Below the pieces are notes generated by a model. It had not been told where the DNA came from. It saw only the letters and a program-made list of their open reading frames with translations, and searched no databases. Shown here piece after piece: positions 49,641 through 61,992 of a DNA stretch of 64,000 bases. This DNA is from Stegostoma tigrinum. Its lineage: Eukaryota. The stretch covers positions 3,700,497 through 3,764,496 of the forward strand of contig NC_081387.1 of the NCBI RefSeq assembly GCF_030684315.1, written 5' to 3'. Within the stretch, counting starts at the first letter, position 1, and the number at the start of each line of letters is the position of its first letter. Position numbers and translations under genes: made by a program.

Positions 49641-52600
49641 AAAGTGAGTATCCGAAGACTTGACAAACGCAAGTCAGAGAGACTGAGCCGGCATTCCTGG
49701 CTGAGGCCTTCTTCGGCTTTTGGAAGGTTGATGATTGTGTGGTGTAATGCTTTAGAGGGACCCGGAACAGGACTTAAGAGAAGGAAAACTCTGATTTTAA
49801 ACCTCCACTGCCTTGCGGCCATAACCAATCATGGGAAAGGCTTCGGGAGTAAACCCTGAGGATAAATCTGGAGCCGGAGTCCCTAAGACAGTCTGATGTT
49901 ATATCCAACCTTGTTCTGGCAACTCCTGCGACGATGCCAGTGCCAAGTTGTATCGGCCCCTGCCCTTCCCTTGGACAACACTGGTGGTGTTGAGAGGGGA
50001 GACGTGCTGCATGGGCAACTGCCGATCTCTCATAAAACCCTGCCCAGGCCTGCGCCCTGGAGAGGACACTCCAGCGTCACCTCATTGTGGCGGCAAAACA
50101 CGGAAAGTAGCAGTCTACCAGTTATAAGCCGCGCTCGAGTGGCGTAGAGCAAGGCGCCAGGGGTTGCTTTCAACAGAGGGAGAGGCCATCGCGCCTGCCT
50201 GCCAATTAGGTGCTGTCCTGCCACAGTCTGCCCACTCCACTGGGTGCGTGGGGCTCAGCGGTACAAGTATCCTGAATCGTGGACTGTAAACACTGCACCA
50301 AGCAAAACAACAAGGAAACAAAGAAGGAAGCCAGCATTCAGACTTGGATGCTGGAACATATGGGCCATGACAACTGGTCTATCAGACGGCCTTCGAGAGA
50401 TCAGCGACACCAGCAAGGCAGCAGTGATAAACAACAAACTGCTACAGCTTCAAGTGGACATTGCAGCACCCCAAGGGACAAGGCTCCCAGAATCGGTGAC
50501 CTTATGTGAGAGAGACTATACCTTCTTCTGGCAGGGGAAAGGCATAGACGAGACCAGAGAGCATAGTGTCAGCTTTGCCGTGAAGAACTCGCTGTTGAAG
50601 AACCCAGCGAAGATGGATTGGAGCGGATCCTCTCACTTCGACTGCACACCTTCGATGGGCCTGTTAACCTTATCAGCACTTATGCCCCAACCCCCTATTC
50701 CATACAAGATGCGAAGGATGAGTTTTAAAGATCAGCTTTCAAGGAAAGTACAGGCGATCCCAAATCAGGAACAGTTGCTGCTACTTGGTGACTTCTACGC
50801 CAGAGTGGGTGCCGACCACAACTCCTGGCCAGGCTGTCTGGGACTGTATGGGATCGGCAACATGAATGAAAATGGACAACAACTGCTCAAGCTTTGCATG
50901 CTCCACGCACTATGTGTCACCAACACCTACTTCCAGGCCAAAGTGCAGCACAAAGACTCATGGCAACATCGCTGCTCCAGACACTGGCACCAGCTAGATC
51001 TGATCCTCACAAGATGCATCCATCTGAAAAACGTGCTCATGATTCGGTCCTTTCAGAGTGCTGACTGTGACATGGATCACTCCCTGGTTTGCTGCAAATT
51101 CAGACTCCAAGAAAAGAAGATGCACTACGCCAAGCCTGCAGGCAAGCAGCGTGTCAATGTTACTACGACCCAACATTCAGACAAAGCGGCAGTATTCATC
51201 AAGTCACTGGAGGATGCCCACCTTGTAGACCCACCAGAAGGAGCTGCTCAGCAGAGATGGGACTCTCTAAGGGACACTATCCTCAGCACTGTGTTGAAAA
51301 CTTTTGGGAAGAAGCGGAGCAAGACACAGATTGGTTCAAAGCAAATGCAAATGAGCTCAACACGAGGCAAAGCGCACTGCACTGTTGAAACACAAACACC
51401 AACCTACCCAGGTAACACTGCAAGCGCTGAGGACAGCAAGAAACAACGCACAGAAGACAGTCAGATGCTGTGCAAATGACTACTGTTTATAACTATGCAA
51501 AAGCATCCAGTTATCATTTAACACAGGCAACATATGTAGAATGTATGAGGGGATCAAGAAAGCCATCGGTCCAACCCAGAGCAAGACAGTTCCACTAAAA
51601 TCCAGGACAGGCGAGATCATCAAAGAAAAAAGCAAGCAGATGGAGAGATGGGTGGAGCATTACTCCGAACTCTACTCCCGGGAAAACGACATCTTGGACA
51701 ACGCGTTAGACACCATGGAATGCCTACCGGTCATGGAGGAGCTGGACGCATTGCCAACTGCTGTCGAGCTGAGCAGAGCCATCGACAGCTTACCCACAGG
51801 GAAGGCACCAGGGTTGGATGGCATCCCATCAGAGGTCATCAAGTATGCAAAGGGAGTTCTGCTTAGCCACCTGCTGGAACTACTGTGCCAGTGCTGGGAG
51901 GAGGAAACGGTGCCGCAAGACATGAGAGACTGCAACATTGTCACCCTCTATAAGAACAAAGGAGACAGAAGCGACTGCGACAACTACAGAGGAATCTCGC
52001 TGATGAACATCGTCGGGAAGGTCTTCGCCCGCATGGTCCTGAACAGACTACAGAAAATTGCCAAAAGGGTGTAGCCTGAATCCCAGGACGGTTTCAGGTC
52101 AGAATGCTCCACACAATCGACATGGTTTTCTCCCTCCGACAGCTACAAGAGAAATGCCGAGAGCAAAGACAACCACTCTGCATCGCTTTCGTTGACCTCA
52201 TGAGGGCATTTGACCCTGTGAGCAGAGACGGCTCGTTCAAAATCCTCGCCAGGGTTGGTTGTCCTCCCAGACTCCTCAGAATAGTCCAATTGTTTCACGC
52301 GGATATGAAAGGCATCGTTCAATTTGATGGCTCTTGGGAGGCTTTCAACATCCGCAGTGGCGTGAAGCAGGGCTGTGTGCTTGCCCTCACCCTGTTCGGC
52401 ATCTTCTTCACCGTCATGCTGAAACACACATTTGGAACATCAACTGCTGGGGTCTACCTCCACACCAGATCGGACGGAAGGCTGTTCAGTCTGTCCCGGC
52501 TGAAGGAAAAATCCAAGGTTCGTGAAGTACTCATTAGAGACATGTTGTTTGCAGATGACGCAGCGTTGGCAGCACACTCTGAAGAGCAACTGCAGCACCT

Positions 52601-53529
52601 CATGGACAACCTCTCCAGAGCCTGCCAGGAATTCAGCCTGACCATTAGTCTGAAGAAGACCAACGTGCTGGGTCAAGGTGTTGAGCACCCCCCTATCATC
52701 ACCATCAACAACTACGAGCTGGAGGTAGTCCACGATTAACATACTCGGCTCAACCATCAGAGTCAGCCTCTCCCTGAACTCCGAGATCAACAGGCAGATC
52801 AGACAAGCAGCCTCCACATTTGCCAGGCTGACTGACAGAGTCTGGGAGAACAAAAAGCTGACTACAAACACCAAGATTGCAGTCTACAGGGCATGCGTCC
52901 TCAGCACACTGCTTTACGGCAGCGAGACCTGGAGCCTGTACTCCAGACAAGAGCGGCGTCTCAACGCTTTCCACCTTCGCAGCCTGAGACACATTCTGGA
53001 CATCAAGTGGACTGACCAAGTCACCAACACCGAAGTCCTCACCTGCGCCCAGGTACTCCGCCTCTTCACCCTACTCTAACAACACCACCTCCGCTGGTTA
53101 GGCCACGTACCTCATATGCCGGACGGGAGGATCCCGCAAGATGTGCTGTACGGGGAATTGGCCATCGCTAAGAAAGCACAAGGACGACCTCATCTTTGTT
53201 TCAAAGATGTCTGCAAAAGGGACATAAAGTCAATGGACCTGTACATCAAGAGATAAGAAGACATCACAAACGATCGCTCACGCTGGAGACGGGAACTACG
53301 CAGAGGCCTGGAGCAAGGAGAGGAGAAACTGAGACTTGCCGCTGAGGAAAAGTGCGCTCGACAGAAAGACAGCAACACGGCAACACTGGAGGACAGTGTC
53401 TTCAAACATAGTCACTGCAACCGAGACTGTCACTCCCGTGTGGGCCTGTACAGCCACAACAGCAGCTGAATCAAAACTCTCCGGGCGCAGATCCATGGTC
53501 TCTCGACACTGACGGATGCCACAACACAC
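49641..53529 (+). mobile_element. Near-full-length RTE-clade LINE (APE endonuclease + RT), with stops and frameshifts
   Basis: LGCWNI..., LLGDFYARVG, WHQLDLIL, DCDMDH; NYRGISL, AFVDLMRAFD, GVKQGC, MLFADD, LYGSETW, LRWLGHV; 3' end CCATGGTCTCTCGACACTGACGGATGCC + (AC/AAC) tail. Confidence 0.9.
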
Positions 53530-55225
53530 AGATTGTTAAGGTGCAAAGATGGCCTTTAGTAGAGTGATGTGTTCTTCCTGTCGGATGTTATAGATTAGGC
53601 AGACTTTCCATGTTACTGATGATTACGCCTGCAGGAAATGTGTTTGATTGTGAATCCTATTGGATTGCATGGGTCCGCTAGAGTGCCAGTTAGAGTCCAC
53701 GAAGAGTTGACAGAAGGTAGGGGATACGATGGATGGCAGTTGCAAGAAGGGAGAAAAACCACATATGTAGTCAGGTAGGAGTAGTAGGCAGGACATGCAG
53801 GAGTTTCCTGTGGCTATCCCCATCTCAAACAGTATGCTGTTTTGGAAAATGTAGGGGGCAAGACACTGTCAAGAAATGTAGCACTGACAGCCAGGTTCCC
53901 AGTACTGAGACTGGTTCTACTGTAACAAGGGGTACGTCAGGTTCAAAGGATCGATTGTGATAGGGGACTCTCCAAACAGAGGTACAGACTGATCTTTCTG
54001 TGGCCGACAATGAGATTTCAGAATGGTGTGTTGCCTCCCTGGTGTCAGGATCCAGGATATCTCGGACAAAGAGCGCAGAATATTCTCAAAGGGAAGGGGG
54101 ACCAGCAAGAGGTGGTTGTACACACTGGAACTAATGACATAGGAAGAGAAAAGGACAAGATTCTGAGGTGAGAATACAGGAAGTTAGACAGGAATTTTAA
54201 AAGTAGGTCCTCGAGGGTAGTAATATCTGGATTATTCCCGGTGCCATCAGCTAGTGAGAGTAGGACAGAGCAGATAAATGTGTGGCGGAGGAGCTGATGC
54301 TGGAGAGAAGGATTTACATTTTTGGATCACTGGAATCTCTTCTGGGGTAGAACTGGCCTGTATAAGAAGGACAGATTGCACCTGAATTGGAAGGGGACTG
54401 ATATGCTGGCAGGGAGATTTACTAGAGCTGCTTGGGAGGATTTAAACTAGTAAGGGGACGGGGGTGGGGTCAGACGCAAGGAGACAGTGAGACAAGAGAT
54501 CAGTCAGAGACTGGTACAGTTGGGAAAAGGAGTGGGTCAAACAGTCAGCGCAGGCAGGAACAAAGAAGAGAACGAGGTAAGGCTGATAAATTAAACAGCA
54601 TTTCTTTCAGTGCAAGAGACCTGACACGTAACGCAGATGAACTCAGGGCACAGTTGGTAACAATGGGACTGGGATACCAATGCGGTTACAGAGGTATAAC
54701 TCAGGGATGGACAGGATTGGCAGCTTAATGTTTCCATGTAATAGATGCTATAGGAAGGATAGAAATGGCAGCAAGACAGGAATGGGAGTGACGATTTTGA
54801 TTAGGGATAATATTACGGTTGTACCTGGGGAGGATGTTCTAGGGAGTATGTCCAGTGAAGTTATTTGGATGGAACTGAGAAATAAGAAAGGGATAATCAT
54901 TTTATTGTGGTTGTGCTGTCGTCCCTCCAATAGTAAGCAGGAAACTGAGAAACAAATTTGTAAGGCAATCTCAGTTACCTATAAGAATAATAAAGTGGTT
55001 ATGGTAGGGGATTTTAACTTTCCAGACAAAGACTGGATCTGTCATAGTGTTGGATGCTTGGATGGTGTGGAATTTTGTTAAGTGTGTACAAAAGAATGTT
55101 TTGATTCAGTATGTGGACGTACATGCTAGAGAAGGTGTAAAACTTGACCTACTCTTTGAAAATAAGGCAAGGCAAGTGACTAAAGTGTCAGTGGGGGAGC
55201 ACTTTGGGACTAGTGATCATAATTC

Positions 55226-55931
55226 CCTGCAGAGACTGTGAGAAACGCTACATCAGACAAATAGGAAGGAAACTAACTGAAATGGAAGTTGAAATGCTGT
55301 AACTGGATACCAAGAAAGTTGTTTACAACCTGGGAAAATAGCATGTGTATTATTGAGCTGAGTATAATGTAGCTTTTTGGAATAAAAAGAAGGAAAAGTC
55401 ATGACTCAAGAGCACTGCTAAATTTTCATGTTACAAAAATACACCTGACAACAGCTTTCTGATTGGTTGAACTACAGAGTGTTAAAGCTGTAGGCATGAG
55501 CACCAACAACAGTACATGAGCACCAACTGGCTACAAAATGACGCGACCAGTACTCACTCATGTCAATATAAATGAACAAGGAGAGTGACCACTTTGACTG
55601 GGACAACATGAAAATCCTGGGACACACTAGGCAGAAACAGGGACGAGAATTCCTAGAAGCCAAGCACTCCACGAAGCATGCTATTAATAAACACATTTAC
55701 TCGACCCCATATACATTCCACTATGAAGAAAAACCGGAAGTGAGACAATCCATCTCAACAGACTCCAGAGTTTAAAAACCAGGTGGTAAAACACGCCAGT
55801 GCTTCATAGGAGGCTGCGCTGAGGATGTTACCCAGCATGGTAACAAAACGTCTGCGAAACAAGAAACCAGCTTGGTGAGCCAACCAACCTCAATACCTTC
55901 AACCTGAGGTACAAATCTACTCCAAAACCTA
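55226..55931 (+). mobile_element. Penelope-like 3' fragment inserted in CR1 ORF2, with hammerhead-like motif at 55819-55852
   Basis: HEHQLATK...HFDWDNMKILGH...REFLEA; flanked by AGTGATCATAATTC (55212-55225) and AGTGAGCATAATTC (55932-55945); CTGAGGA-TGTTACC-CAGCAT-GGTAAC-AAAACGTC. Confidence 0.75.
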
Positions 55932-58900
55932 AGTGAGCATAATTCTGTTAGTTCTAAAATAATGATGGAAAAGGATGGACCAGATCTAAAAGTTAAATTG
56001 GAGAATTTGGAGAAAGGCTAATTTTGATGATATTAGGGAAGACACTTTTGAAAGTTGACTGGATGGGTAGGGATTGTGGATATTTGTAGGTAAAGAGACA
56101 GCTGGAAAAAGGGAAGCTTTTAAAAATGACATATTGAGAGTCCAGAGACAATCATGGTTTTGGGTCAAGAATGAAAATGGAAGAACATGTCAGCAGAGAT
56201 CAAATGAACCCCTACAAGAGCATAAAAGCAGTAGGAGTATACTTAAGACGGAAATCGGGAGGACAGAAAGGGGACTTGAGATAGCATTGACAAATAGGGT
56301 TATGGAGAATCAAAAGGGATTCCACAAGTACACTGAGGACAAAAGAGCAACAAGGGAGTGAATAGGGCCCCTTAAAGATTAGCAAAGTTGCCTATATGTA
56401 GAACTGTAGGAGATGGAGGAGATATTAAACAAGTATTTTGCACCAGTGTTTGCTGTGGAGAAGGATATGGAAGATCAGAACAAGGGGAAATAAATAGCAA
56501 CATCTTAAAAAAATGCCTACATTACAGAAGAAGTGGTGCTGGACATCTTAAAATGCATGAAGGTGGATAAATCCTTGGACCACTCAGATGTACCCTCAAA
56601 TTCTGTGCGAAGCTAGGGAAGTGATTGCTGGATCCCTTGCTGAGATACTTATATCATCAATAGCCTCAGATCAGGTTAGTCAGAAGACTTGAGGGTCGCT
56701 AAAGTGGTACCACTATTTAAGAAAGGTGGTAAGGAAAAGCCAGGGAACTAAAGACCAGTGAGCCTGACATCGGTGGTGGGCAAGTTGTTGGAAGGAGTCC
56801 TGAGAGACAGGACTTACATGTATTTGGAAAGGCAGGGACTGATTAGGGATAGTCATCATAGCTTTATGTGTGTGAAGTCATATCTCACTAACTTGGTTGA
56901 GTTTTTTAAAGAGGTAACAAAGAAGATTGATGAGGGCAGAGTGGTGGAGATGATCTATATTGATTTCAGTAAGGTGTTTAGCAAGGTTCCACATGGTAGA
57001 CTGGTTAGTAAGGCTGGATCACAGGGAATACGGGGAGACCTAGCTATGTGGATACAGAACTGGCTTGTAGGTAGAAGACAGAGGGTGGCGGTAGAGGGTT
57101 GATTTTCAGACTGGAGGCCTGTGACCAGCGGTGTGCCATAAGGATTGGTGCTGGGTGCACTGCTTTTGTCATTTATATAAATGATTTGAATGTGAATATA
57201 GAAGATTACCTCAGAGTGCAACGGGACCTTGATCAGATGGGCCAATGAGCCAAGGAGTAGCAGCTGGCATTTAATTTATTCGGAAGGATATTGTGAAACC
57301 TGAAAGGGTTCAGAAAGGGTTTACAAGGACGTTGCCAGGGTTGGAGGGTTTTAACTGTAGGGAGAAGTTTAATAGGCTGGGGCTATCTTCCCTGGAGTGT
57401 TGGAGGCTGAGGGGTGGATCACAGGGAATACAGGGAGACCTAGCTATGTGGATACAGAACTGGCTTGTAGGTAGAAGACAGAGGTTTATAAAATCATGAG
57501 GGACATTGATAGGGTGCATAGCTAAGGTCTTTTCCCTTGGAGTGAGGAAGTCCAAAACTAAAGGGCATAGGTTTATGGTGAGAGGGAAAACATTGAAAGG
57601 GGAGCTAAAGGGCAACTTTTTCATGCAGAAGCTAGTGCATGTATGCAATGAACTGCCAGAGGAAGTGGTGGAGGTACAATTACAACATTCAGAAGGCATC
57701 AGGTTGGATACATGAATAGGAAGGATTTGGTGGGATATGGGCCAATTGCTGGAAAATGGGACGAGATTAATTTAGTATTGCTGGTTGGCATGGAACAGTT
57801 GGACCAAAGGTTCTGTTTCCATGCTGTACTATCCCTTCATAACTCTGAATGAGTTCATGCTCTTTAAAGGTGAAGACAAACAAAAATACAGGCAATTTGA
57901 CACATCTAATATCGGTGGAAAATTGCTAGAGACAGTGAACAAAACCCCTAACATCAAATGTTCAGACCACGAGGTGGAAAATTCTTTTACTCTTGCAGTC
58001 CTTTTTTATTTTTGTAATGATGAGAATGTTGTGTCTCTACAGTAATGATCATCTTTAATTTGATGGTTAGTCAGATGAACTGAAATCTTCTCTTGTATGA
58101 TATCTTTCTTTTAAAATTTCTTGGGTTTTCTATCTTTTTCTGCATGAGCAGACTGAGAAGGAGAAGGATGCATTCTGTCTGTAGGCTCTGGATCATTTTA
58201 CTCTCTGCTACCTTTGGCATCTACAGCTTTAACACTCTGTAGTTCAACCAATCAGAAGGCTTTTGCCAGATATATTTTTGTAACATGAAAGATTATCAGT
58301 GCTATTGAGTCATAACTTTTCCTTCTTTTTATTCCAAAAAGCTACATTGTACTGAGCTCAATAATACACATGCTATTTTTCCAGCTTGTAAACAACTTTC
58401 TTGCTATTCAGTTATAGCATTTCAACTTCCATTTCAGTATATAGTCTGAAAACTGGAAAAAAAAGAGTCTCTTACATGAGATATGCATATGAAGAAGGGA
58501 ACAGAAGGCTATGCTGACAGAATGGGATGAAGTGGGGTAAGAGGAGGCTTGAGTGATGCTTAAACTAGTTGAACCAAATGGCCTGTTTTCACCGTAATCC
58601 AATGTTTTGTACTTCCCATGATTGGATTTGAACTCTCAAACTTTGCATTGCTAATCCAACACCATTGTAATTCAACTGCCATACGTGGAGATACATTTAT
58701 TGAAACGTCTTTTAATGCCTTTTTTAAAGATTTTACCTGAAGGTGTTAGCCTTTCCCCTAAACCTAGACTTCATTTGCACAGTGTTGTAGCTGAGAGTTG
58801 AATCTGGAATGTGCATTCTGACAGCTTGCAGTGTTTCTGATTTCCCAGAGTAAATCGGAGCCCTTCAATCAGCTACGCTGAAGCAATATTTTCCTCACCT

Positions 58901-59089
58901 TCTCGCACTTCTTGCCCAGTTTATTTTCTTTAAATAATTTTCAAAAATGAGGGGAGGAATTTCTTAAACACCATCGAATTTTAAAGTCTCCGGAGTATTT
59001 TTGCATATTAAACACATACTCTTAAGTGTAAAGCTAGTCTTCACCAGCAAAACACAAACTAATAATGAATTGAGAGCCTGTTTTATACT

Positions 59090-59730
59090 TGGCCCAACTA
59101 TTTTTCCCATTGTCCTCTTAGTGCCTGGGAAGATGGGGGCCAGAGTCAAGGAAATGAAATAGCCTTACTGTCTGCTCCTGATCATGATGCAGTGCCCCTG
59201 CTGGACACAGTGGTGAATGACAGTCAAGTGAGGGAAAAGAAAGAACTTGTATCTGATCCCCAACACAGGGAAATAGCAGACTGGCACACACTGTGAAACA
59301 GTCTCTAACTGAGGAGTCAGCCCCTTCAGCAAAGGAAAATCACATTTGCTTTTCCTGTTCTACTGAAGGATTACACCATATACACCAGAACATAGACAGG
59401 ATATACTTCGTAGATAGATGCTGACCATCACCCAAGGTACAACTGTGGAAAGACATCCAGCCCCTTCACAGCATTGCTCAACACAGAGAAGTTTGGTTAG
59501 TGAAGCCATCATCTGGAAATCGGTAGGGTCAAGGGAGCTTTGACATATCATCAGATCTGAAAATGGTCAGTGGTGTGGAGCCTTTGATTAGAGCCAACTA
59601 TTTTAAGGTTTGCGTGTGAGTGATTGCTGAGAGTGAGGCTGGCAAGTGAGTGTGAGGGACTCCACGAGGTGACAAGACCATCAAACACACAAGGTGCATT
59701 TGTTGTATACCTGTTAAGGAAAGAGCAACA
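59090..59730 (+). other. Leader module of ZF unit 6, main acceptor mutated (AG>TG at 59364-59365)
   Basis: Homologous to 2030-2665. Confidence 0.7.
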
Positions 59731-61062
59731 GAGAACATAGAACAGTACAGCACAGAACAGGCCCTTCAGCCCACGATGTTGTGCCGACCATTGATCCTCA
59801 TGTATGCACCCTCAAATTTCTGTGACCATATGCATGTCCAGCAGTCTCTTAAATGACCCCAATGACCTTGCTTCCACAACTGCTGCTGGCAACGCATTCC
59901 ATGCTCTCACAACTCTCTGTGTAAAGAACCCGCCTCTGACATCCCCTCTATACTTTCCTCCAACCAGCTTAAAACTATGACCCCTCGTGTTAGCCATTTC
60001 TGCCCTGGGAAATAGTCTCTGGCTATCAACTCTATCTATGCCTCTCATTATCTTGTATACCTCAATTAGGTCTCCTCTCCTCCTCCTTTTCTCCAATGAA
60101 AAGAGACTGAGCTCAGTCAACCTCTCTTCATAAGATAAGCCCTCCAGTCCAGGCAGCATCCTGGTAAACCTCCTCTGAACCCTCTCCAAAGCATCCACAT
60201 CTTTCCTATAATAGGGCGACCAGAACTGGACGCAGTATTCCAAGTGCGGTCTAACCAAAGTTTTATAGAGCTGCAACAAGATCTCACGACTCTTAAACTC
60301 AATCCCCCTGTTAATGAAAGCCAAAACTCCATATGCTTTCTTAACAACCCTGTCCGCTTGGGTGGCCATTTTAAGGGATCTATCTATCTGCACACCAAGA
60401 TCCCTCTGTTCCTCCACAATGCCAAGAATCCTATCCTTAATCCTGTACTCAGCTTTCAAATTCGACCTTCCAAAATGCAACACCTCGCATTTATCCAGGT
60501 TGAACTCCATCTGCCACCTCTCAGCCTATCTCTGCATCCTGTCAATGTCCCGCTGCAGCCTACAACAGCCCTCTATACTGTCAACGACACCTCCAACCTT
60601 CGTGTCGTCTGCAAACTTGCTGACCCATCCTTCAATCCCCTCATCCAAGTCATTAATAAAAATTACAAACAGTAGAGGCCCAAGGACAGAGCACTGTGGA
60701 ACACAACTCACCACTGACTTCCAGGCAGAATGTTTTCCTTCTACTACCACTCGCTGCCTTCTGTTGGCCAGCCAATTCTGTATCCAGACAGCTAAGTTCC
60801 CCTGTATCCCATTCCTCCTGACCTTCTGAATGAGCCTTATCAAATGGGGAACCTTATCAAATGCCTTACTGAAGTCCATATACACCACATCCACAGCTCG
60901 ACCCTCATCAACTTTTCTAGTCACATCCTCAAAGAACTCGATAAGGTTTGTGAGGCATGACCTGCCCCTCACAAAGCCATGTTGACTGCATTTAATCTAG
61001 CCATGCTCTTCCAGATGGTCATAAATCCTATCCCTCAGAATCCTTTCTAACATCTTGCAGAC
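59731..61062 (-). mobile_element. Young 5'-truncated CR1 LINE
   Basis: Long ORFs 60526-60972 (YMDFSKAFDKVPH, KFADDTK) and 59812-60510; AGAACAT-type tail. Confidence 0.92.
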
Positions 61063-61065
61063 ATC

Positions 61066-61992
61066 ATAGAAGAGAAGCGCTTCAAGCGTGAGTTTTGTGA
61101 TAAAGCTTTTGTGAATTCCACTCGCGTGTTGATACACCAGAGAATTCACACAGGGGAGAAACCATTCAGGTGTCAGGTACGTCTGGCGGCTTTCATCCAA
61201 TCCTCTCACCTCCTAACCCACCAGAGGTTTCACACAGGAGAAAAACCATTCACATGTCAGGTGTGTAATAAATCATTCTCACGGTCTTCAAGCCTTCTTG
61301 AACACCAACGCATTCGCATAGGTGAGAGGCCATTCAAATGCAGAAGTTGTGAGAAATCATTCTCAGTGTCATCTGCTCTCCACTGTCAATAACCTACTCA
61401 CACAGGGGAAAAGCTATTTGTGTGCAAGATTTGTGATAAATCATTCTCGCGGTCAACCGGCCTCCGTGAACATCAATGTACTTGCACAGGAGAAAAACCA
61501 TTCAAGTGTGAGGTGTGTAACAAATCATTTTCACAGTCAGGAAATCTCCACGTACACCGATGCATCCACATTGGGGAGAATCTGTTCAAGAGTAATGTGT
61601 GTGACAAATTATTCCCTGACTCATCAAGACTCCTGCTCCGTCAGAGAATTCACACAGGGGAGAAACCATTTATATGTAAGATATGTCACAAATCATTCTC
61701 AATGTCATCAAAACTATGTGCACACCAGCATATTCACACTGGTGAGAAACCATTCACATGTGACACAAGCTTGTTTGGAGAATTGGATATAGTGGGAGGC
61801 TGCTAAGGTGAGTTATGTTTTTAACAAGGCATTTAACTTGCTGCCTGTGAAAAGCAGGAAAGATGGAGTGAGTTGCCTCTGGCACTGAGATGGACCTCAC
61901 TGTCCCAATTCTGCCAAACAGCTTGCCATAGAGGTATGTGACAAATCTTTTTCAGAGTCATCAAACCTGCATAAACATCAACACCTTCACAC
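61066..61992 (+). pseudogene. ZF pseudogene (unit 6), closest paralog of ZF gene 1
   Basis: ATG>ATA at 61066, lost Cys residues, internal TAA at 61390-61392; first three fingers closely match gene 1. Confidence 0.85.

Larger units (their letters stand above)
48660..57845 (+). mobile_element. Near-full-length decayed CR1 LINE (5'UTR, ORF1 from ATG 53549, ORF2, 3'UTR), interrupted by the RTE chimera and a Penelope fragment
   Basis: ORF1 MAFSRVMCSSC...CRKC...VIGDS...VCCLPG; ORF2 CYRKDR...VMVGDFNFPD...SDHN, SLTSVVGKLLEG, YIDFSKVFSKVPH. The 5' boundary is approximate. Confidence 0.8.

Noticed and set aside
49373-49663. Functional ADAP1 gene or exon
   Set aside because: Lacks the CxxC zinc knuckle and PH domains, has substitutions at conserved sites, and lies inside a TSD-flanked retro-insertion.
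60997-61209. ORF joining antisense ZF sequence to CR1 RT
   Set aside because: Chance read-through across the CR1 5' truncation junction.
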